DNA of 64,000 bases from an uncultured Carnobacteriaceae bacterium (GCA_964612765.1 CAZTEC010000002.1:8205-72204); one strand, 5' to 3'. Shown: positions 40,084-54,658, numbered from the stretch's first letter. The notes: generated from the sequence alone by a model not told the origin. Numbers and translations are program-made.

Positions 40084-40309
40084 TTAAAAACACCTCCTGA
40101 ATTTCTGAACAATCAATTATTCATTAAATAATATCTATCATTTCTATGCGAACAGACTAGTATATTTTATGAAAAAACGCACGTTTTGTCAATGTAAATT
40201 TGCGTATTTCATATAATACCTTAAGAATGTAAGAAATTACAAGCCTATTTTGAAAAAAATTGTTATTTTATGAAAAACTTTCTCTATTTCCTCTTGAAAC
40301 TTCTATCTA

Positions 40310-40630
40310 CACTTATACACTTTCTATTCAAACTTATCCACAAGACTGTGAGTCATTCTACTTTCTCGCTCTATTATCCACATGAATTTATCCCCAGAAT
40401 AACAAGTTCCACAACCTAGGAATAAAGTTTTGAACATATCCACAAATTCTGTTGATAAGTCTCACAAACACTTTTAGGTCATCGTTATGTTTTCTTAGTT
40501 TCATCCACAAATTATTTTAAAATCTGTTTTTATTATTTGTTATCCACATAACTTTTCCCGTCTGTGTATAACTTTCACACATGGCGTGAATTTAGTCATG
40601 CACAATTTCATTTTTCTGTGGAAAACTATT
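40310..40630. other. oriC DnaA-box cluster upstream of dnaA
   Basis: TTATCCACA at 40334, 40374, 40540 plus near-consensus boxes at 40388, 40436, 40501, 40563, 40617. Confidence 0.92.
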
Positions 40631-40680
40631 TTAACACGTGCTAGAATAGAAGATACCATTAATTAAAGGAGTGAAACCAC

Positions 40681-42012
40681 GTGTTAGAAGATCAAAATAG
40701 TATTTGGATCTATTTAAAAAATCGCTTTAAAGAAAACCTTTCAAAAGTTAGCTTCGATACGTGGATTGATAGTGCACAAGTTCTTACTGTATCTAATCAA
40801 ATGATTACCATACTTGTACCTACTACACTACATAAAGAGTATTGGGAAAATCATCTGGCTACACGCATTGTTGAGTACATTTATGAATATGCTGGGCAAG
40901 AAATTACCCCTCGTTTTGTAACTAAAGATGAACAAGATCAGCAAGAACAAGAGGAAGAAGTTCCACAGTCACCCGTAAATACACCAATCATTAATCGATC
41001 AAGTGAGTTAAATAGTAAATACACATTTGATACGTTCGTTATTGGTAAAGGAAACCAAATGGCACATGCGGCGGCTTTAGTTGTATCGGAAGAACCAGGT
41101 ACAATTTATAATCCGTTGTTCTTTTATGGTGGAGTTGGTTTAGGTAAAACCCACTTAATGCATGCTATTGGCCATCAGTATTTAAGTATCAATCCAGATA
41201 AAAATGTTAAATATGTCTCTAGCGAAACCTTTGCGAATGATTTCATCGGTTCCATTCAAAATCGAACACAAGAAGAATTTCGAAATAAATACCGTACAGT
41301 TGACTTATTATTAGTCGACGACATTCAATTCTTTGCAGACAAAGAAGGTACGCAAGAAGAATTCTTCCATACATTTAATGCTTTGTATGATGATAGAAAA
41401 CAAATTGTTTTAACAAGTGATCGTTTACCAAACGAGATTCCAAAGCTTCAAGAACGCTTAGTTTCAAGGTTTGCATGGGGATTGTCCGTTGATATTACAC
41501 CCCCCGATTTAGAAACGCGAATCGCTATTTTACGAAAAAAAGCAGATGCAGAACGTTTAGAAATTCCAAATGACACATTAAGTTACATTGCTGGACAAAT
41601 TGATTCCAATATTCGTGAATTAGAAGGTGCTTTGGTCAGAGTCCAAGCTTTCGCAACCATGCAGAATCGAGAAATCACAACCAGTCTTGCCGCTGATGCA
41701 TTAAAGAGTATGGTGAAAAGCGCAGATAAAGAAGTTACGATCGCAAAAATTCAGCAAGATGTAGCGCGTTTCTACAATATAACAGTTGAAGACTTAAAAG
41801 GAAGACGCCGCGTAAAATCGATTGTAACACCAAGACAGATTGCTATGTATCTCGCTCGCGAAATGACAGATGCTTCTTTTCCAAAGATTGGATCCGAGTT
41901 TGGTGGTAAAGATCATACGACAGTTTTACATGCGCACGAAAAAATTAGCAAGTTAATTCAAGAAGATTCTAAAATGAAAAATGAAATTAATGCCATTAAA
42001 GAAAAATTATAA
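40681..42012 (+). CDS. dnaA: Chromosomal replication initiator
   Basis: [37 protein letters not shown]. Confidence 0.99.
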   Translation: MLEDQNSIWIYLKNRFKENLSKVSFDTWIDSAQVLTVSNQMITILVPTTLHKEYWENHLATRIVEYIYEYAGQEITPRFVTKDEQDQQEQEEEVPQSPVNTPIINRSSELNSKYTFDTFVIGKGNQMAHAAALVVSEEPGTIYNPLFFYGGVGLGKTHLMHAIGHQYLSINPDKNVKYVSSETFANDFIGSIQNRTQEEFRNKYRTVDLLLVDDIQFFADKEGTQEEFFHTFNALYDDRKQIVLTSDRLPNEIPKLQERLVSRFAWGLSVDITPPDLETRIAILRKKADAERLEIPNDTLSYIAGQIDSNIRELEGALVRVQAFATMQNREITTSLAADALKSMVKSADKEVTIAKIQQDVARFYNITVEDLKGRRRVKSIVTPRQIAMYLAREMTDASFPKIGSEFGGKDHTTVLHAHEKISKLIQEDSKMKNEINAIKEKL

Positions 42013-42160
42013 TTGTGTATAACTTTTGAGTTACGCACTTTTTAATCCACAGGTTATCCACAGTGGAAAACATTATATTTCTAACTCAAAGTGAACTATT
42101 CACAGAATTCACAGGCCCTACTACTATTACTATATCTTTATATATAATATAAATTAAAAA
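42013..42160. other. oriC unwinding region (DnaA boxes, GC-rich motif, DnaA-trios, AT-rich tract)
   Basis: TGTGTATAA 42014, TTATCCACA 42054, CACAGGCC then CTA CTA CTA TTA CTA (42118-42132) and an AT-rich run, matching the B. subtilis basal unwinding layout. Confidence 0.9.
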
Positions 42161-42296
42161 GGCGTCTTCAAATTCATGGTTTTCAGAACAGAAAATACAG
42201 CAAGTTATGCTATAATGAATTAAGAAAATGAATTTCAAAAAGACAAAAATATTAAACCATTTTAAAATAAAAGTTCGACGAAGGGGAGCAGATAGA

Positions 42297-43451
42297 ATGA
42301 AATTTACCGTTAATCGTTTAGAATTGCTGAAAAAATTACGAGACGTACAGTTAGCAATTTCAAATAAGACGACTATTCCTATATTAACTGGATTAAAACT
42401 AGAGGCATCGAATGATGGGTTAAAATTAACAGGAAGTAACTCAGATATATCAATCGAATCAAAAGTATTCGCTGATGATGAAAATGCGAATCTTATAATT
42501 AACGAAACTGGTAGTATTGTGTTACAACCTGCACGTTTCTTTGCAGACATCATTAATAAATTAGCTGACGAAACTTTTACTTTTGAAGTAAATACACAAC
42601 TTCAAGCATCCATTACGTCAAGCCACTCATTTTTTACGATTAATACATTAGATGCATCAAGCTATCCATACTTACCTGAGATTGATACAAGCGAATCATT
42701 TACTTTACCTGTTCATTTACTGAAAAAAGTGATTGAACAGACAGTTATTGCTGTATCAAAACATGAGAGCAGACCCATTCTTACAGGCGTAAATTTCTCG
42801 ATCGCAGATGGGAAATTAAAAGCAGTGGCAACAGATAGTCACCGGTTAAGCCAACGAATTATTCCAGTAGATGTTCCTAACGATTTGTCTTTCCAAATTG
42901 TTATTCCTGGGAATAGTTTATTGGAGTTATCTAAAATTTTAACCGACGATATCGAAACAGTGCGTGTCGCATTAGCGGATAATCAAATTTTATTCATGAC
43001 TGATGACACTTATTTTTATTCTCGATTACTTGAAGGGAATTATCCACAGACGAATCAATTAATTCCTACAGAATCAACTACTCAATTAACGCTGAATGTT
43101 CAATCACTAAAAGGGGCAGTTAGTCGTACTTCTTTACTGTCTCATGCAGGTAAAAATAACGTGGTCAAATTAGTTGTAGACAATAATAATTTACAACTAT
43201 CAAGTAACTCGCCAGAAGTTGGTTTTGTTGAAGAGGATGTTCCAACGTTATCTATCGAAGGTGATGATCTAGAGATTTCATTTAACCCTGATTATTTACG
43301 AGATGCCTTGAATACGTTTGAAGGTGGGGAAGTAACAGTTAAATTAATTTCAACTTTACGACCATTTATTATTGTTCCAGCCGAAGCTTCAGAAGATCGT
43401 GACTTTGTACAATTAATTACACCAATTCGTACATCGACCTCAGCTCGTTAA
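42297..43451 (+). CDS. dnaN: DNA polymerase III beta clamp
   Basis: TTIPILTG, SRPILTGV, ATDSHRL, SRLLEGNYP, QLITPIR; start reset to MKFTVNR. Confidence 0.97.
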   Translation: MKFTVNRLELLKKLRDVQLAISNKTTIPILTGLKLEASNDGLKLTGSNSDISIESKVFADDENANLIINETGSIVLQPARFFADIINKLADETFTFEVNTQLQASITSSHSFFTINTLDASSYPYLPEIDTSESFTLPVHLLKKVIEQTVIAVSKHESRPILTGVNFSIADGKLKAVATDSHRLSQRIIPVDVPNDLSFQIVIPGNSLLELSKILTDDIETVRVALADNQILFMTDDTYFYSRLLEGNYPQTNQLIPTESTTQLTLNVQSLKGAVSRTSLLSHAGKNNVVKLVVDNNNLQLSSNSPEVGFVEEDVPTLSIEGDDLEISFNPDYLRDALNTFEGGEVTVKLISTLRPFIIVPAEASEDRDFVQLITPIRTSTSAR

Positions 43452-43539
43452 GAACCATTAAAAATTAAAAATAGATAAGAAGTGGATATTTTATTGTCCA
43501 CTTTTTTATTTTATAAAGGATTATAAGGCTGCATTGATG

Positions 43540-43631
43540 GTCTAGCTCCTAAGTGCTAACCGAATAATAAAAAATAAATGTGACCCATTGCGAGTTTACC
43601 TTACCATTCAGGGTCACATTTATTTTTTTCT
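43540..43631. repeat. Dispersed structured repeat, copy C (degenerate)
   Basis: GTCTAGCTCC...ATAAATGTGACCCATTGCG...CATTCAGGGTCACATTT. Confidence 0.75.
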
Positions 43632-43823
43632 AAAAACGAAATATTTTAATTTATAGCTGTATTTTGAGTGAATAGGTTTTTTATTGAAAATACTCAAAAA
43701 TGCAATAGAAGCGATTTTAAGCCTAAAATACAAGCGTACAATTGAAAAATACCATTTTTTCAGGTATACTTAGCAGGTATTATTCAATGAACATTATAAA
43801 TTCTTAAATAAGGAGCATTTCCA

Positions 43824-44060
43824 ATGGATAGAACAGTAATTAAGATTCATGATGCTTATATTACGCTCGGACAATTTCTAAAAGTAGCGGATATTATTTC
43901 CAGTGGTGGTATGGCTAAGCCATTCCTACAACAAATGGATGTTTTTGTAGATGATGAACCTGAAAACCGCCGCGGAAAAAAATTATACGATGGAACAGTG
44001 ATTTCCATTCCAAATATCGGTGATTTCGAAATTAAATCATTAGATGAGACGAGCGATTAA
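43824..44060 (+). CDS. yaaA: S4-domain RNA-binding protein YaaA
   Basis: YITLGQFLK...SGGMAK...ENRRGKKLY. Confidence 0.93.
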   Translation: MDRTVIKIHDAYITLGQFLKVADIISSGGMAKPFLQQMDVFVDDEPENRRGKKLYDGTVISIPNIGDFEIKSLDETSD

Positions 44061-45190
44061 TGTATTTAGAACAGATTGAGTTACAAAATTTTAGAAATTA
44101 TGAACGAGTCGATCTATCTTTTTCACCTTCTATTAACGTATTAATTGGAGAGAATGCTCAAGGAAAGACGAATTTGATTGAAAGTATCTATTTTTTGGCG
44201 ATGTCGAGAAGTCATCGAACCTCTAGAGATCGTGAGCTCATTCGATGGGCAAGTGAGTATGCAAAAGTTAGTGGTCAATTAAAGAAAAAGTCACATTCAG
44301 TACCTATGGAAATTATTTTGTCTAAGCGTGGAAAAATTGCAAAGTTGAACCGCTTAGAACAAAAGAAATTAAGTAACTATATCGGTCAACTGAATGTGAT
44401 TTTATTTGCGCCAGAAGATCTTTCATTAGTCAAAGGGTCGCCTTCTGTGAGACGACGATTTATTGACATGGAATTAGGACAAATGAACAAAATTTATTTG
44501 CACCATCTCACGCAATTTCAAAAAATATTAAAGCAAAGAAATCAATTTTTAAAAAATGCAAAATATGACCGTAAATTCGATCAAATTTATTTGGATGTAT
44601 TGACTGAACAATTAGCTGCTGAAGGGGCTGAAGTAATCGATCATCGCTTCAAATTTATTAGTCAGCTCAATATTTGGTCGCAAAAAGTGCAAGAAGATAT
44701 ATCAAATGGAAAAGAAATACTCAATATACGCTATAAAACAACTTCTGACGTTTTAGAAGAACATAGTGTGGAAGACGTTTTTCACCTTTTAAAAGAGCAG
44801 TATCAGTCGGCGCAGGTACAAGAAATTGATCAAGGAACAACGACTATCGGCCCACATCGAGATGATTTAATTTTTTATGTGAATGAAAAAAATGTGCAAA
44901 CGTATGGTTCTCAAGGACAACAACGAACGACTGCGCTCAGTTTAAAATTAGCTGAAATTGAATTAATGAATGAAGTGACAGGCGAGTATCCTGTCTTATT
45001 ATTAGATGATGTACTGAGTGAATTGGATGATAGTCGACAGACACATTTGCTGAAATCCATACAAAATAAAGTCCAAACATTTATCACAACAACAAGTTTG
45101 GATGGGGTTCAGATGGATTTATTAGAAAATCCACTTATTATTCATGTACATGATGGGAATGCAGCAACAGATGCTGTGGATAGAGAGTAA
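44060..45190 (+). CDS. recF: DNA repair protein RecF
   Basis: GENAQGKTN, FAPEDL, GPHRDDL, GSQGQQRT, LLLDDVLSELD. Confidence 0.98.
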   Translation: MYLEQIELQNFRNYERVDLSFSPSINVLIGENAQGKTNLIESIYFLAMSRSHRTSRDRELIRWASEYAKVSGQLKKKSHSVPMEIILSKRGKIAKLNRLEQKKLSNYIGQLNVILFAPEDLSLVKGSPSVRRRFIDMELGQMNKIYLHHLTQFQKILKQRNQFLKNAKYDRKFDQIYLDVLTEQLAAEGAEVIDHRFKFISQLNIWSQKVQEDISNGKEILNIRYKTTSDVLEEHSVEDVFHLLKEQYQSAQVQEIDQGTTTIGPHRDDLIFYVNEKNVQTYGSQGQQRTTALSLKLAEIELMNEVTGEYPVLLLDDVLSELDDSRQTHLLKSIQNKVQTFITTTSLDGVQMDLLENPLIIHVHDGNAATDAVDRE

Positions 45191-45224
45191 AATTTTTCGT
45201 TTTTAGAAAGATTGGAGAGTATAC

Positions 45225-47153
45225 ATGGTAGATAAAACAAATCAAATACCTGAAAGTTATGATGCAAGTCAAATTGAAGTATTAGAAGGATTAGAAGCCG
45301 TAAGAAAACGTCCTGGTATGTATATTGGTTCGACTGGATTAAATGGTGTACACCATTTAGTCTGGGAGATTGTCGATAACTCAATTGATGAGGCGATGGC
45401 TGGTTATGCAGATGCGATTCAAATTGAAATTATGGACGATAATCATTTACGTGTCTTAGATAATGGGCGTGGAATCCCGGTTGATTTACAACACAAAACA
45501 GGACGACCTGCTTCGGAAACTGTTTTTACCATTTTACATGCGGGCGGTAAATTTGGCGGTGGCGGTTATAAGGTTTCAGGTGGACTTCATGGTGTCGGGG
45601 CAGCTGTAGTTAATGCGTTGTCAAGCTTTTTAGAATACCGTATTCATCGAAATGGAAAAATTCATTATCAACGTTTTGAACGAGGAGTACCAGTTGGTGA
45701 TATGGAAATTATCGGAGATACGGATATTACCGGATCAGAAGTTATTTTCAGACCGGATGAAGAAATTTTCAAAGAAAGTATTGAATTTAATTTCGACATA
45801 TTAATGAACCGTGTCCAAGAGTTAGCTTATTTGAACCGTGATTTAGAAATTTCAATCAAAGATACACGAACAGAAGATGTAAAGGAACGTACTTTCCGCT
45901 ACAGTGGTGGAATCAAAAGTTATATCGAATATTTAAACGAAAATAAAGATATTTTGTATGAAGAGCCTATTTTCTTAGAGGATGAACAAGAAGATATAAT
46001 TGTCGAAGTGGGTTTGCAACATACAACAGGGTACCACTTGAATTTATTAAGTTTCGCAAATAATATTCATACGCACGAAGGTGGAACGCATGAATCTGGT
46101 TTTAAAGCGGCTTTAACTCGTGTGATTAATGATTACGCACGCAAAACAGATTACTTAAAAGAAGATGATGATAACTTTTTAGGTGAAGATGTGCGTGAAG
46201 GATTAGCTGTTATTATCAGTATTAAACATCCAGATCCACAGTTTGAAGGTCAAACAAAAACAAAATTAGGAAACTCAGAAGCCCGTACAATTGTTGACCG
46301 TTTATTTTCTGTTAACTTCGAGCGTTTCTTAATGGAGAATCCTAAAGTAGGGAAACAAATTTTAGAAAAAGCAGATCTAGCTTCAAAAGCTAGAGTGGCT
46401 GCAAAACGTGCCCGAGAAGTAACTCGTAAAAAGAGTGGACTTGAGATTAGTAACCTACCAGGAAAATTAGCAGATTGTTCGTCAAAAGATCCAGAAATTT
46501 CAGAATTATTTATTGTTGAGGGAGACTCAGCGGGTGGATCAGCGAAGCAAGGTCGTTCGCGTTTATTCCAAGCGATCTTACCGATTCGAGGTAAGATTTT
46601 AAACGTAGAGAAAGCTTCAATTGATCGAATTTTGGCGAATGAAGAAATCCGTACATTGTTTACTGCAATGGGTACTGGATTTGGGGAAGAATTTGATATC
46701 GAGAAAGCTCGCTACCATAAATTAATTATTATGACAGATGCAGATGTAGATGGTGCACATATCCGTACACTATTACTGACATTATTCTTCCGTTACATGC
46801 GACCAGCTATTGATGCGGGATATATTTATGTAGCTCAGCCACCTTTATACCAAGTTCGACAAGGCAAAACGATGGTTTATCTCGATTCCGACGAAGAATT
46901 AGAAGAATATTTAAAAACTATTCCAGATTCACCAAAACCTGCAATCCAACGATATAAAGGTTTGGGTGAGATGGATGCCGATCAATTATGGGAAACAACA
47001 ATGAATCCTGAAACACGACGTTTGACACGTGTGCATGTTGATGATGCAAAAGAATCAGACCGTGTGATGACTATGTTAATGGGGGATAAAGTTCCACCAC
47101 GCCGTCAATTCATTGAAGAAAATGCACAGTATGTAGAAAATATTGATATTTAA
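45225..47153 (+). CDS. gyrB: DNA gyrase subunit B
   Basis: [40 protein letters not shown]. Confidence 0.98.
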   Translation: MVDKTNQIPESYDASQIEVLEGLEAVRKRPGMYIGSTGLNGVHHLVWEIVDNSIDEAMAGYADAIQIEIMDDNHLRVLDNGRGIPVDLQHKTGRPASETVFTILHAGGKFGGGGYKVSGGLHGVGAAVVNALSSFLEYRIHRNGKIHYQRFERGVPVGDMEIIGDTDITGSEVIFRPDEEIFKESIEFNFDILMNRVQELAYLNRDLEISIKDTRTEDVKERTFRYSGGIKSYIEYLNENKDILYEEPIFLEDEQEDIIVEVGLQHTTGYHLNLLSFANNIHTHEGGTHESGFKAALTRVINDYARKTDYLKEDDDNFLGEDVREGLAVIISIKHPDPQFEGQTKTKLGNSEARTIVDRLFSVNFERFLMENPKVGKQILEKADLASKARVAAKRAREVTRKKSGLEISNLPGKLADCSSKDPEISELFIVEGDSAGGSAKQGRSRLFQAILPIRGKILNVEKASIDRILANEEIRTLFTAMGTGFGEEFDIEKARYHKLIIMTDADVDGAHIRTLLLTLFFRYMRPAIDAGYIYVAQPPLYQVRQGKTMVYLDSDEELEEYLKTIPDSPKPAIQRYKGLGEMDADQLWETTMNPETRRLTRVHVDDAKESDRVMTMLMGDKVPPRRQFIEENAQYVENIDI

Positions 47154-47206
47154 TTAATCACCAGAATTGAAAATGGCTAAAAGTGATATGGGAGGAGCTT
47201 TAAAAG

Positions 47207-49798
47207 TTGGCAGAAGATAGAAGTGGAATTGAGGAAATACAACTTTCCCAAGAAATGAAAAAATCATTCCTAGATTATTCGATGAGTGTTATTGTAGCTA
47301 GAGCCTTGCCTGATGTACGAGATGGAATGAAACCTGTTCATCGTCGTATTTTGCATGGAATGAATGAATTAGGAAATACACCAGATAAAGCATACAAAAA
47401 ATCGGCACGTATTGTAGGGGACGTTATGGGGAAATACCACCCTCACGGAGACTCTGCAATTTATGATGCGATGGTTCGTATGGCGCAGGATTTTAGTTAC
47501 CGTAATCCATTAGTCGATGGGCACGGAAACTTTGGGTCTGTTGATGGGGACAAGGCTGCGGCTATGCGTTATACTGAAGCCCGAATGAGTAAAATTGCCT
47601 TAGCTTTATTGCAAGATATTAATAAAAATACAGTTGATTTTAGAGAAAACTATGATGGTAGTGAGACAGAGCCTGTTGTATTACCGGCGAAATTTCCGAA
47701 CTTATTAGTGAATGGTGCAAGTGGGATTGCGGTTGGGATGGCAACAAATATTCCGACACATAACTTAAGAGAATCTATAGAAGCTTGTCGCGTGATTTTG
47801 CATAATCCAGATGCGACAACAGCTGAATTAATGGATGCCTTACCAGGTCCTGATTTCCCTACAGGTGGAATTATTTTAGGGAAATCAGGAATTCGTAAAG
47901 CCTATGAAACAGGACGTGGCTCAATTCAAGTTCGTGCGAAGACTCGAATTTTAGAAGAAAAAGGTCGCGAAACAATTATCGTGGATGAATTGCCTTACTT
48001 AGTGAATAAAGCAAAACTACATGAGAAAATTGTTGAGTTAGCACGCGATAAGAAGATTGATGGGATTACAGCTGTTCGTGATGAGTCTGACCGAGATGGT
48101 ATGCGAATGGTTATCGAAGTACGTCGTGATGCATCAGCAGCGGTTATTTTAAATAATTTATTTAAATTAACTCAACTTCAAACTTCATTTGGTTTCAATA
48201 TGGTAGCAATTGTAAATGGGACGCCACGTACGTTAAGTCTAAAAGAAATTATTGAATACTATTTAGACCACCAACGTGAGGTTATTCGAAGAAGAACTGC
48301 ATTTGATAAAGAAAAAGCTGAGGCTAGAGCGCATATTTTAGAAGGTTTGCGTATTGCTCTAGACCATATTGATGCGATTATTTCAATTATTCGAAATTCC
48401 GATACGGGTGCAATCGCGAAAGAACGTTTGATTACCGAATATAGTTTGACGGAACGTCAAGCACAGGCAATTTTAGATATGCGGTTGGTTCGCTTAACAG
48501 GTTTGGAACGTGAAAAAGTTGAAGCAGAATACCAAGAGTTAGTGGCTTTGATTGCAGATTTAACAGATATTTTAGCTAATCCAGCACGAATTGATGTCAT
48601 TATCGAAGAAGAGATGGTCGAAATCGCTGATAAGTATGGGGATGACCGTCGAACAGAATTGATGATTGGCGAAGCGTTAAGCATTGAAGATGAAGATTTA
48701 ATCGAAGAAGAAGAAGTTGTTGTGACACTTTCACACAATGGTTACATGAAGCGTATGCCGATTACGGAATTTAAAACACAAAATCGTGGTGGTCGTGGGG
48801 TTAAAGGAATGGGAACAAATGATGATGATTTTGTAGAAACCATTCTTTCTACGTCGACGCACGATCTTGTGCTATTCTTTACGAATATGGGGAAAGTGTA
48901 CAGTGCCAAAGCCTATGAAATTCCAGAGTACGGTCGTACTGCAAAAGGCATTCCGGCGTTAAACTTCTTAGGAATTGATAATGATGAACATATTCAAGCC
49001 GTTATTAACATGAGCGAGAAGCCAAAAGAAGGCGAACAACTCTTCTTTACGACGAAATTCGGTACAGTGAAACGTACAGAAGCGTTAGAATTTAAGAATA
49101 TTCGTACAAGTGGGTTAATTGCGATTAATTTAAAAGAAGAGGATGAATTGATTGCTGTTCAATTAACGGATGGCGAACAAAATATCATTCTTGGTACAAA
49201 AGATGGGTATGCTGCAAGTTTCCATGAGAGTGATGTTCGTTCGATGGGTCGAAGTGCAGCAGGTGTTCGTGGAATTAATTTACGTGAAGGTGACTATGTC
49301 GTTGGAGTAGGCATCTTAGCAGAAAACTCCAAAGTGTTGGCTATTTCTGAAAAAGGTTATGGTAAAGCGACAGTAGCGGACCAATATGCTATTCGACGAC
49401 GTGGTGGTAAAGGGGTTAAAACCTTTAAGATTACAGAACGAAATGGTTCTTTAGTCGGTCTCTCAACTATTCGTGGTGATGAAGATATTTTATTGATTAC
49501 AAACGAAGGAATCATTATTCGTTTTGAATCAGCGAATATTTCAATCACCGGACGTGATACGCAAGGGGTTCGTCTCATGCGTCTAGATGAAGACCAATCG
49601 ATTTCTACCTTAGCTGTTGTTAATCCGACAGATGAAGAGGATGAAGAAGTAGAAACTGAAGTCAATGAAAATGTTGATGCAGAGGAAGTTATAGGACAAG
49701 AGACTCCATCGATTGATGAAGAGGAACGACCAAGTGAAGTGGAAGAATTACTTCTGCGAGCAGAAGAATATGTAGACGATTCAGATGATGAAGAATAA
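47207..49798 (+). CDS. gyrA: DNA gyrase subunit A
   Basis: [14 protein letters not shown], GyrA-box QNRGGRG, acidic tail. Confidence 0.98.
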   Translation: MAEDRSGIEEIQLSQEMKKSFLDYSMSVIVARALPDVRDGMKPVHRRILHGMNELGNTPDKAYKKSARIVGDVMGKYHPHGDSAIYDAMVRMAQDFSYRNPLVDGHGNFGSVDGDKAAAMRYTEARMSKIALALLQDINKNTVDFRENYDGSETEPVVLPAKFPNLLVNGASGIAVGMATNIPTHNLRESIEACRVILHNPDATTAELMDALPGPDFPTGGIILGKSGIRKAYETGRGSIQVRAKTRILEEKGRETIIVDELPYLVNKAKLHEKIVELARDKKIDGITAVRDESDRDGMRMVIEVRRDASAAVILNNLFKLTQLQTSFGFNMVAIVNGTPRTLSLKEIIEYYLDHQREVIRRRTAFDKEKAEARAHILEGLRIALDHIDAIISIIRNSDTGAIAKERLITEYSLTERQAQAILDMRLVRLTGLEREKVEAEYQELVALIADLTDILANPARIDVIIEEEMVEIADKYGDDRRTELMIGEALSIEDEDLIEEEEVVVTLSHNGYMKRMPITEFKTQNRGGRGVKGMGTNDDDFVETILSTSTHDLVLFFTNMGKVYSAKAYEIPEYGRTAKGIPALNFLGIDNDEHIQAVINMSEKPKEGEQLFFTTKFGTVKRTEALEFKNIRTSGLIAINLKEEDELIAVQLTDGEQNIILGTKDGYAASFHESDVRSMGRSAAGVRGINLREGDYVVGVGILAENSKVLAISEKGYGKATVADQYAIRRRGGKGVKTFKITERNGSLVGLSTIRGDEDILLITNEGIIIRFESANISITGRDTQGVRLMRLDEDQSISTLAVVNPTDEEDEEVETEVNENVDAEEVIGQETPSIDEEERPSEVEELLLRAEEYVDDSDDEE

Positions 49799-49957
49799 CA
49801 TTTAAATAAGTTTTAACATCCTTTAGACGGTTATAAAAATAACGGTTTAAAGGGTGTTTTTTTATATTATCCAATTTATTATTCTTTGAAAGTCCTCCTT
49901 TTCGTGCTAATCTTTAGTTTAGAAAGCCTTTACAGAACAGTGAGAGGAACAAGTTGA

Positions 49958-51469
<1,512 letters not shown>

Positions 51470-51521
51470 TAAATAAACAAAAATGCTATGAATTTTAGAG
51501 TTTATGGGGGGCATCTGAACA

Positions 51522-53186
51522 ATGAAATTTTCCGCAAAAACCAGAAAAGAAACCATTGAAAAATTAAAGGAAGACCCACTCGATTTATTGATTATTGGTG
51601 GAGGAATTACTGGAGCTGGCCTAGCTTTGCAAGCAGGTGCGAAAGAAATGAAGGCAGGCTTAATTGAAATGCAAGATTTTGCTGCTGGGACTTCGAGTCG
51701 CTCGACCAAGTTAGTGCATGGTGGTTTGAGGTATTTAAAACAATTTGAAGTTGAAATGGTTGCAGCTATTGGGCGAGAGAGAGAAGTTATCAGCCAAATT
51801 GCGCCACATATTGTTCGTCCCGAAAAGATGTTGCTCCCTGTCTATGATGAACCTGGGGCTTCATTTACAGAATTTTCAGCGGATGTAGCATTAGACTTGT
51901 ATGATCGCTTAGCTAAAGTCGACAAACAATATGCATACCAATTCATTTCTAAAGAGGAAGTGTTGGAAGAAGTTCCTCTGTTGAAAGAAGAAAATCTGAT
52001 TAATGGTGGATTTTATTTAGATTACGTGAATGATGATGCGCGATTAACGATTGAAATCATTAAAAAAGCACATGAATTCGATATTTTATTGGCTAACTAT
52101 GTGAAAGTTGTTGGTTTTATTTACAATGATTCAAATCATATTGTAGGTGTAGAAGCTGAAGATATTTTAACTGGTGAACAGTTTGAAATCCTTGCAACAG
52201 TTGTTGTAAATGCGACAGGTCCTTGGTCGGATGATATTCGAAATCTGCAAAAGCATGAAGAACAAGAGCGAATGTATCCAACAAAAGGAGTTCATTTTGT
52301 TGTCGATAAAGAAAAGCTCCCAGTTAATTATACGATTTATACGGATACAGGTTTAGAGGATAATCGAATGATATTTATTATCCCAAGAGGAAATAAAACG
52401 TATTTTGGGACGACAGATACGCCATATGATGGAGATTTAGTTGAACCTCTTATTACAAAAGAAGATGTCGATTATTTACTCGAAGCAATTCATATGCGTT
52501 TTCCAGAAGCAAGACTCACTTTAGAAGATATTGAAACAGGGTGGGCGGGTTTACGTCCACTTTTACTCAAAGAAGATGCAAAAGATCCATCGGCAATTTC
52601 TCGAGGACATGATGTTTTTGTTTCAGAAGCAGGATTAATTACAATTGCTGGTGGTAAGCTAACTGATTATCGACTTATGGCAGAGGACACCTTCATGACA
52701 ATCGAAGATGAATTGAAAATGAAAGTAGAACGTATTTATCCGGAAAGAAATACGAGAAAGATTGCGTTATCTGGTGGAGATTTACCAGATGAAATGGGTA
52801 TGGATGAGTATATTGAAAGTAAAGTACAAGACGGTGTACGAATTGGCTTGACGGTTGAACAGGCAGAAAAATTGATTCAATGGTATGGCACAAATGTTGA
52901 GACTCTTTTTGAATTAAATGATGAACGAGTAGGTGGCACTATACCTTTAGATTTAGAACTTTCATTACTTTATGCATTAGAATACGAGAGCGTAATTTCC
53001 CCAGTTGATTTCTTTTTAAGACGTACTGATTATTTGCTATTTAATTTCGAAGCGATGGCTACAGCAAAAGAGTTTGTATTGGAATATATGATGAACTATT
53101 TAGACTGGTCTATAGACGAGAAGAAGAAATGGGAAAATGAATTAGAGCGAACAATCGCACAGATTCATATGGAAAGCATAAGATAA
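51522..53186 (+). CDS. FAD-dependent glycerol-3-phosphate dehydrogenase/oxidase (GlpD/GlpO family)
   Basis: IIGGGITGAG, GTSSRSTKLVHGGLRYL, DDARL, AGLRPL, GGKLTDYR. Confidence 0.92.
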   Translation: MKFSAKTRKETIEKLKEDPLDLLIIGGGITGAGLALQAGAKEMKAGLIEMQDFAAGTSSRSTKLVHGGLRYLKQFEVEMVAAIGREREVISQIAPHIVRPEKMLLPVYDEPGASFTEFSADVALDLYDRLAKVDKQYAYQFISKEEVLEEVPLLKEENLINGGFYLDYVNDDARLTIEIIKKAHEFDILLANYVKVVGFIYNDSNHIVGVEAEDILTGEQFEILATVVVNATGPWSDDIRNLQKHEEQERMYPTKGVHFVVDKEKLPVNYTIYTDTGLEDNRMIFIIPRGNKTYFGTTDTPYDGDLVEPLITKEDVDYLLEAIHMRFPEARLTLEDIETGWAGLRPLLLKEDAKDPSAISRGHDVFVSEAGLITIAGGKLTDYRLMAEDTFMTIEDELKMKVERIYPERNTRKIALSGGDLPDEMGMDEYIESKVQDGVRIGLTVEQAEKLIQWYGTNVETLFELNDERVGGTIPLDLELSLLYALEYESVISPVDFFLRRTDYLLFNFEAMATAKEFVLEYMMNYLDWSIDEKKKWENELERTIAQIHMESIR

Positions 53187-53266
53187 AAAAAGAGAACAAA
53201 TGTTCTTTTTGATTTATAGTATAAAGAATTATAATTCTGCATTCTGCTTTACAGAAATTGCAATCA

Positions 53267-53332
53267 GGGAGTTTACCTTACCATTCAGGACACATTACCT
53301 ATTTTTCAGCGATTAGAGCGGACTTCTCTTTC
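53267..53332. repeat. Dispersed structured repeat, copy D (3' half)
   Basis: Exact 21-mer GAGTTTACCTTACCATTCAGG shared with copy C; tail ...CCTATTTTTC...CGGACTT like copy A. Confidence 0.7.
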
Positions 53333-53589
53333 TAAAAACGTTTGATTTAAAGACTATTTTATATCCAAAAAATTAAATATTTCATAATAACGAAGCGATA
53401 GAAGCCTAAATGGATACTTTTATAGCTTCGTTTTGTATTTTATCGATAAATGTTTAGCTAATCTTAGTAGGGATACATCGGTTAATTTTCAATTATATTT
53501 AATTGAAGTGGCTTCTGATATTTAATTTTCAAATCAGAAAAAAATTGAGACTATCTGTCAATAAAAATGTTGAATAAGCCTAAGAAACA

Positions 53590-53700
53590 TTGCATTAACG
53601 AAAGGTTTGTGGTATCATATTCCGAGTGAGTAATAATTTATTAATTACTCTCCTTGCTCTGTAGAAAACTATAGAGCCGGATTAGACCATAAGGAGGTGC
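53590..53700 (+). promoter_or_regulatory. rpsF promoter and S6:S18 autoregulatory leader
   Basis: TTGCAT-17-TATCAT; CTCCTT can pair with the RBS AAGGAG around an inner GCTCT/AGAGC stem followed by CCG, as in the known S6:S18 leader. Confidence 0.75.
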
Positions 53701-53707
53701 AACAACG

Positions 53708-54010
53708 ATGAGTAAACACGAAATTTTGTATATCATTCGTCCTGATTTAGGTGATGATCAAAAGAAAGCATTAGTAGAACGTTTTGACGGAGTACTAACT
53801 TCTAACGGTGCAGAAATTACAAAATCAGAGTACTGGGACACTAATCGTAAATTTGCATACGAGATTGAAGGATATACTGAAGGGGACTATTACTTAGTTC
53901 ATTTAGAATCTTCAAACAACGATGCAATTAACGAGTTCGATCGCTTATCAAGAATTAGCGACGACATTTTACGTCACATGATTGTTCGTTTAGAACATTT
54001 AGAAGACTAA
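53708..54010 (+). CDS. rpsF: 30S ribosomal protein S6
   Basis: EILYIIRPD, AYEI, EFDRLSRISDDILRHMIVR. Confidence 0.97.
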   Translation: MSKHEILYIIRPDLGDDQKKALVERFDGVLTSNGAEITKSEYWDTNRKFAYEIEGYTEGDYYLVHLESSNNDAINEFDRLSRISDDILRHMIVRLEHLED

Positions 54011-54022
54011 TAAGCAATAAAA

Positions 54023-54038
54023 TGTTTCACGTGAAACA
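54023..54038. promoter_or_regulatory. parS site
   Basis: Perfect palindrome TGTTTCACGTGAAACA. Confidence 0.92.
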
Positions 54039-54058
54039 TTTTTGGAAGGAGCTTTAGA

Positions 54059-54631
54059 TTGATTAACAATACTACTTTAGTAGGAAGACTTACTCGAGAC
54101 CCTGAATTACGTTATACAGGAAGTGGAATTGCGGTTGTATCATTCACTATTGCCGTTGAAAGAAACTATACAAATGCGCAAGGCGAAAGAGAAACTGATT
54201 TCATTAACTGTGTGGCATGGAGAGGACTTGCTGAGACATTAGCAAACTTTTCAGTGAAAGGTTCCTTAATAGGAATTACTGGATCGATTCAAACTAGAAA
54301 CTATCAAAACAACGAAGGTCGTACAGTTTATGTAACTGAAGTTGTTGCGGATAACTTCCAAATGTTAGAGCCTAAATCTGTTACAGATAGCAGACGTAAC
54401 CAAACTGGTGGCGGTGGGCAACAACAAGCTTCAGGGAACTATTCAAACAATAATTATAGTAGAAATACAAATAATTATGGCAATAACAATTCAAACAATA
54501 ATCAATCACAGTCTAATAATACTTCGAATAGTAATGACAATCCATTTGCAAATATCGATTTCGGAAACGACAATCCGTTTGAGTCAAATGATGACGTAAC
54601 AGATATTTCTGATGATGATTTACCGTTTTGA
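54059..54631 (+). CDS. ssb: Single-stranded DNA-binding protein
   Basis: [14 protein letters not shown], Asn-rich linker, DDDLPF C-terminus. Confidence 0.98.
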   Translation: MINNTTLVGRLTRDPELRYTGSGIAVVSFTIAVERNYTNAQGERETDFINCVAWRGLAETLANFSVKGSLIGITGSIQTRNYQNNEGRTVYVTEVVADNFQMLEPKSVTDSRRNQTGGGGQQQASGNYSNNNYSRNTNNYGNNNSNNNQSQSNNTSNSNDNPFANIDFGNDNPFESNDDVTDISDDDLPF

Positions 54632-54658
54632 TTCACACATTAAAAGGAGGAAATGATT

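Noticed and set aside
49920-49934. cre site upstream of glpK (AGAAAGCCTTTACA)
   Set aside because: Lacks the central CG and the initial TG; too weak to call.
54400-54600. AAT/AAC-rich low-complexity tract
   Set aside because: Encodes the ordinary disordered Asn-rich SSB linker.
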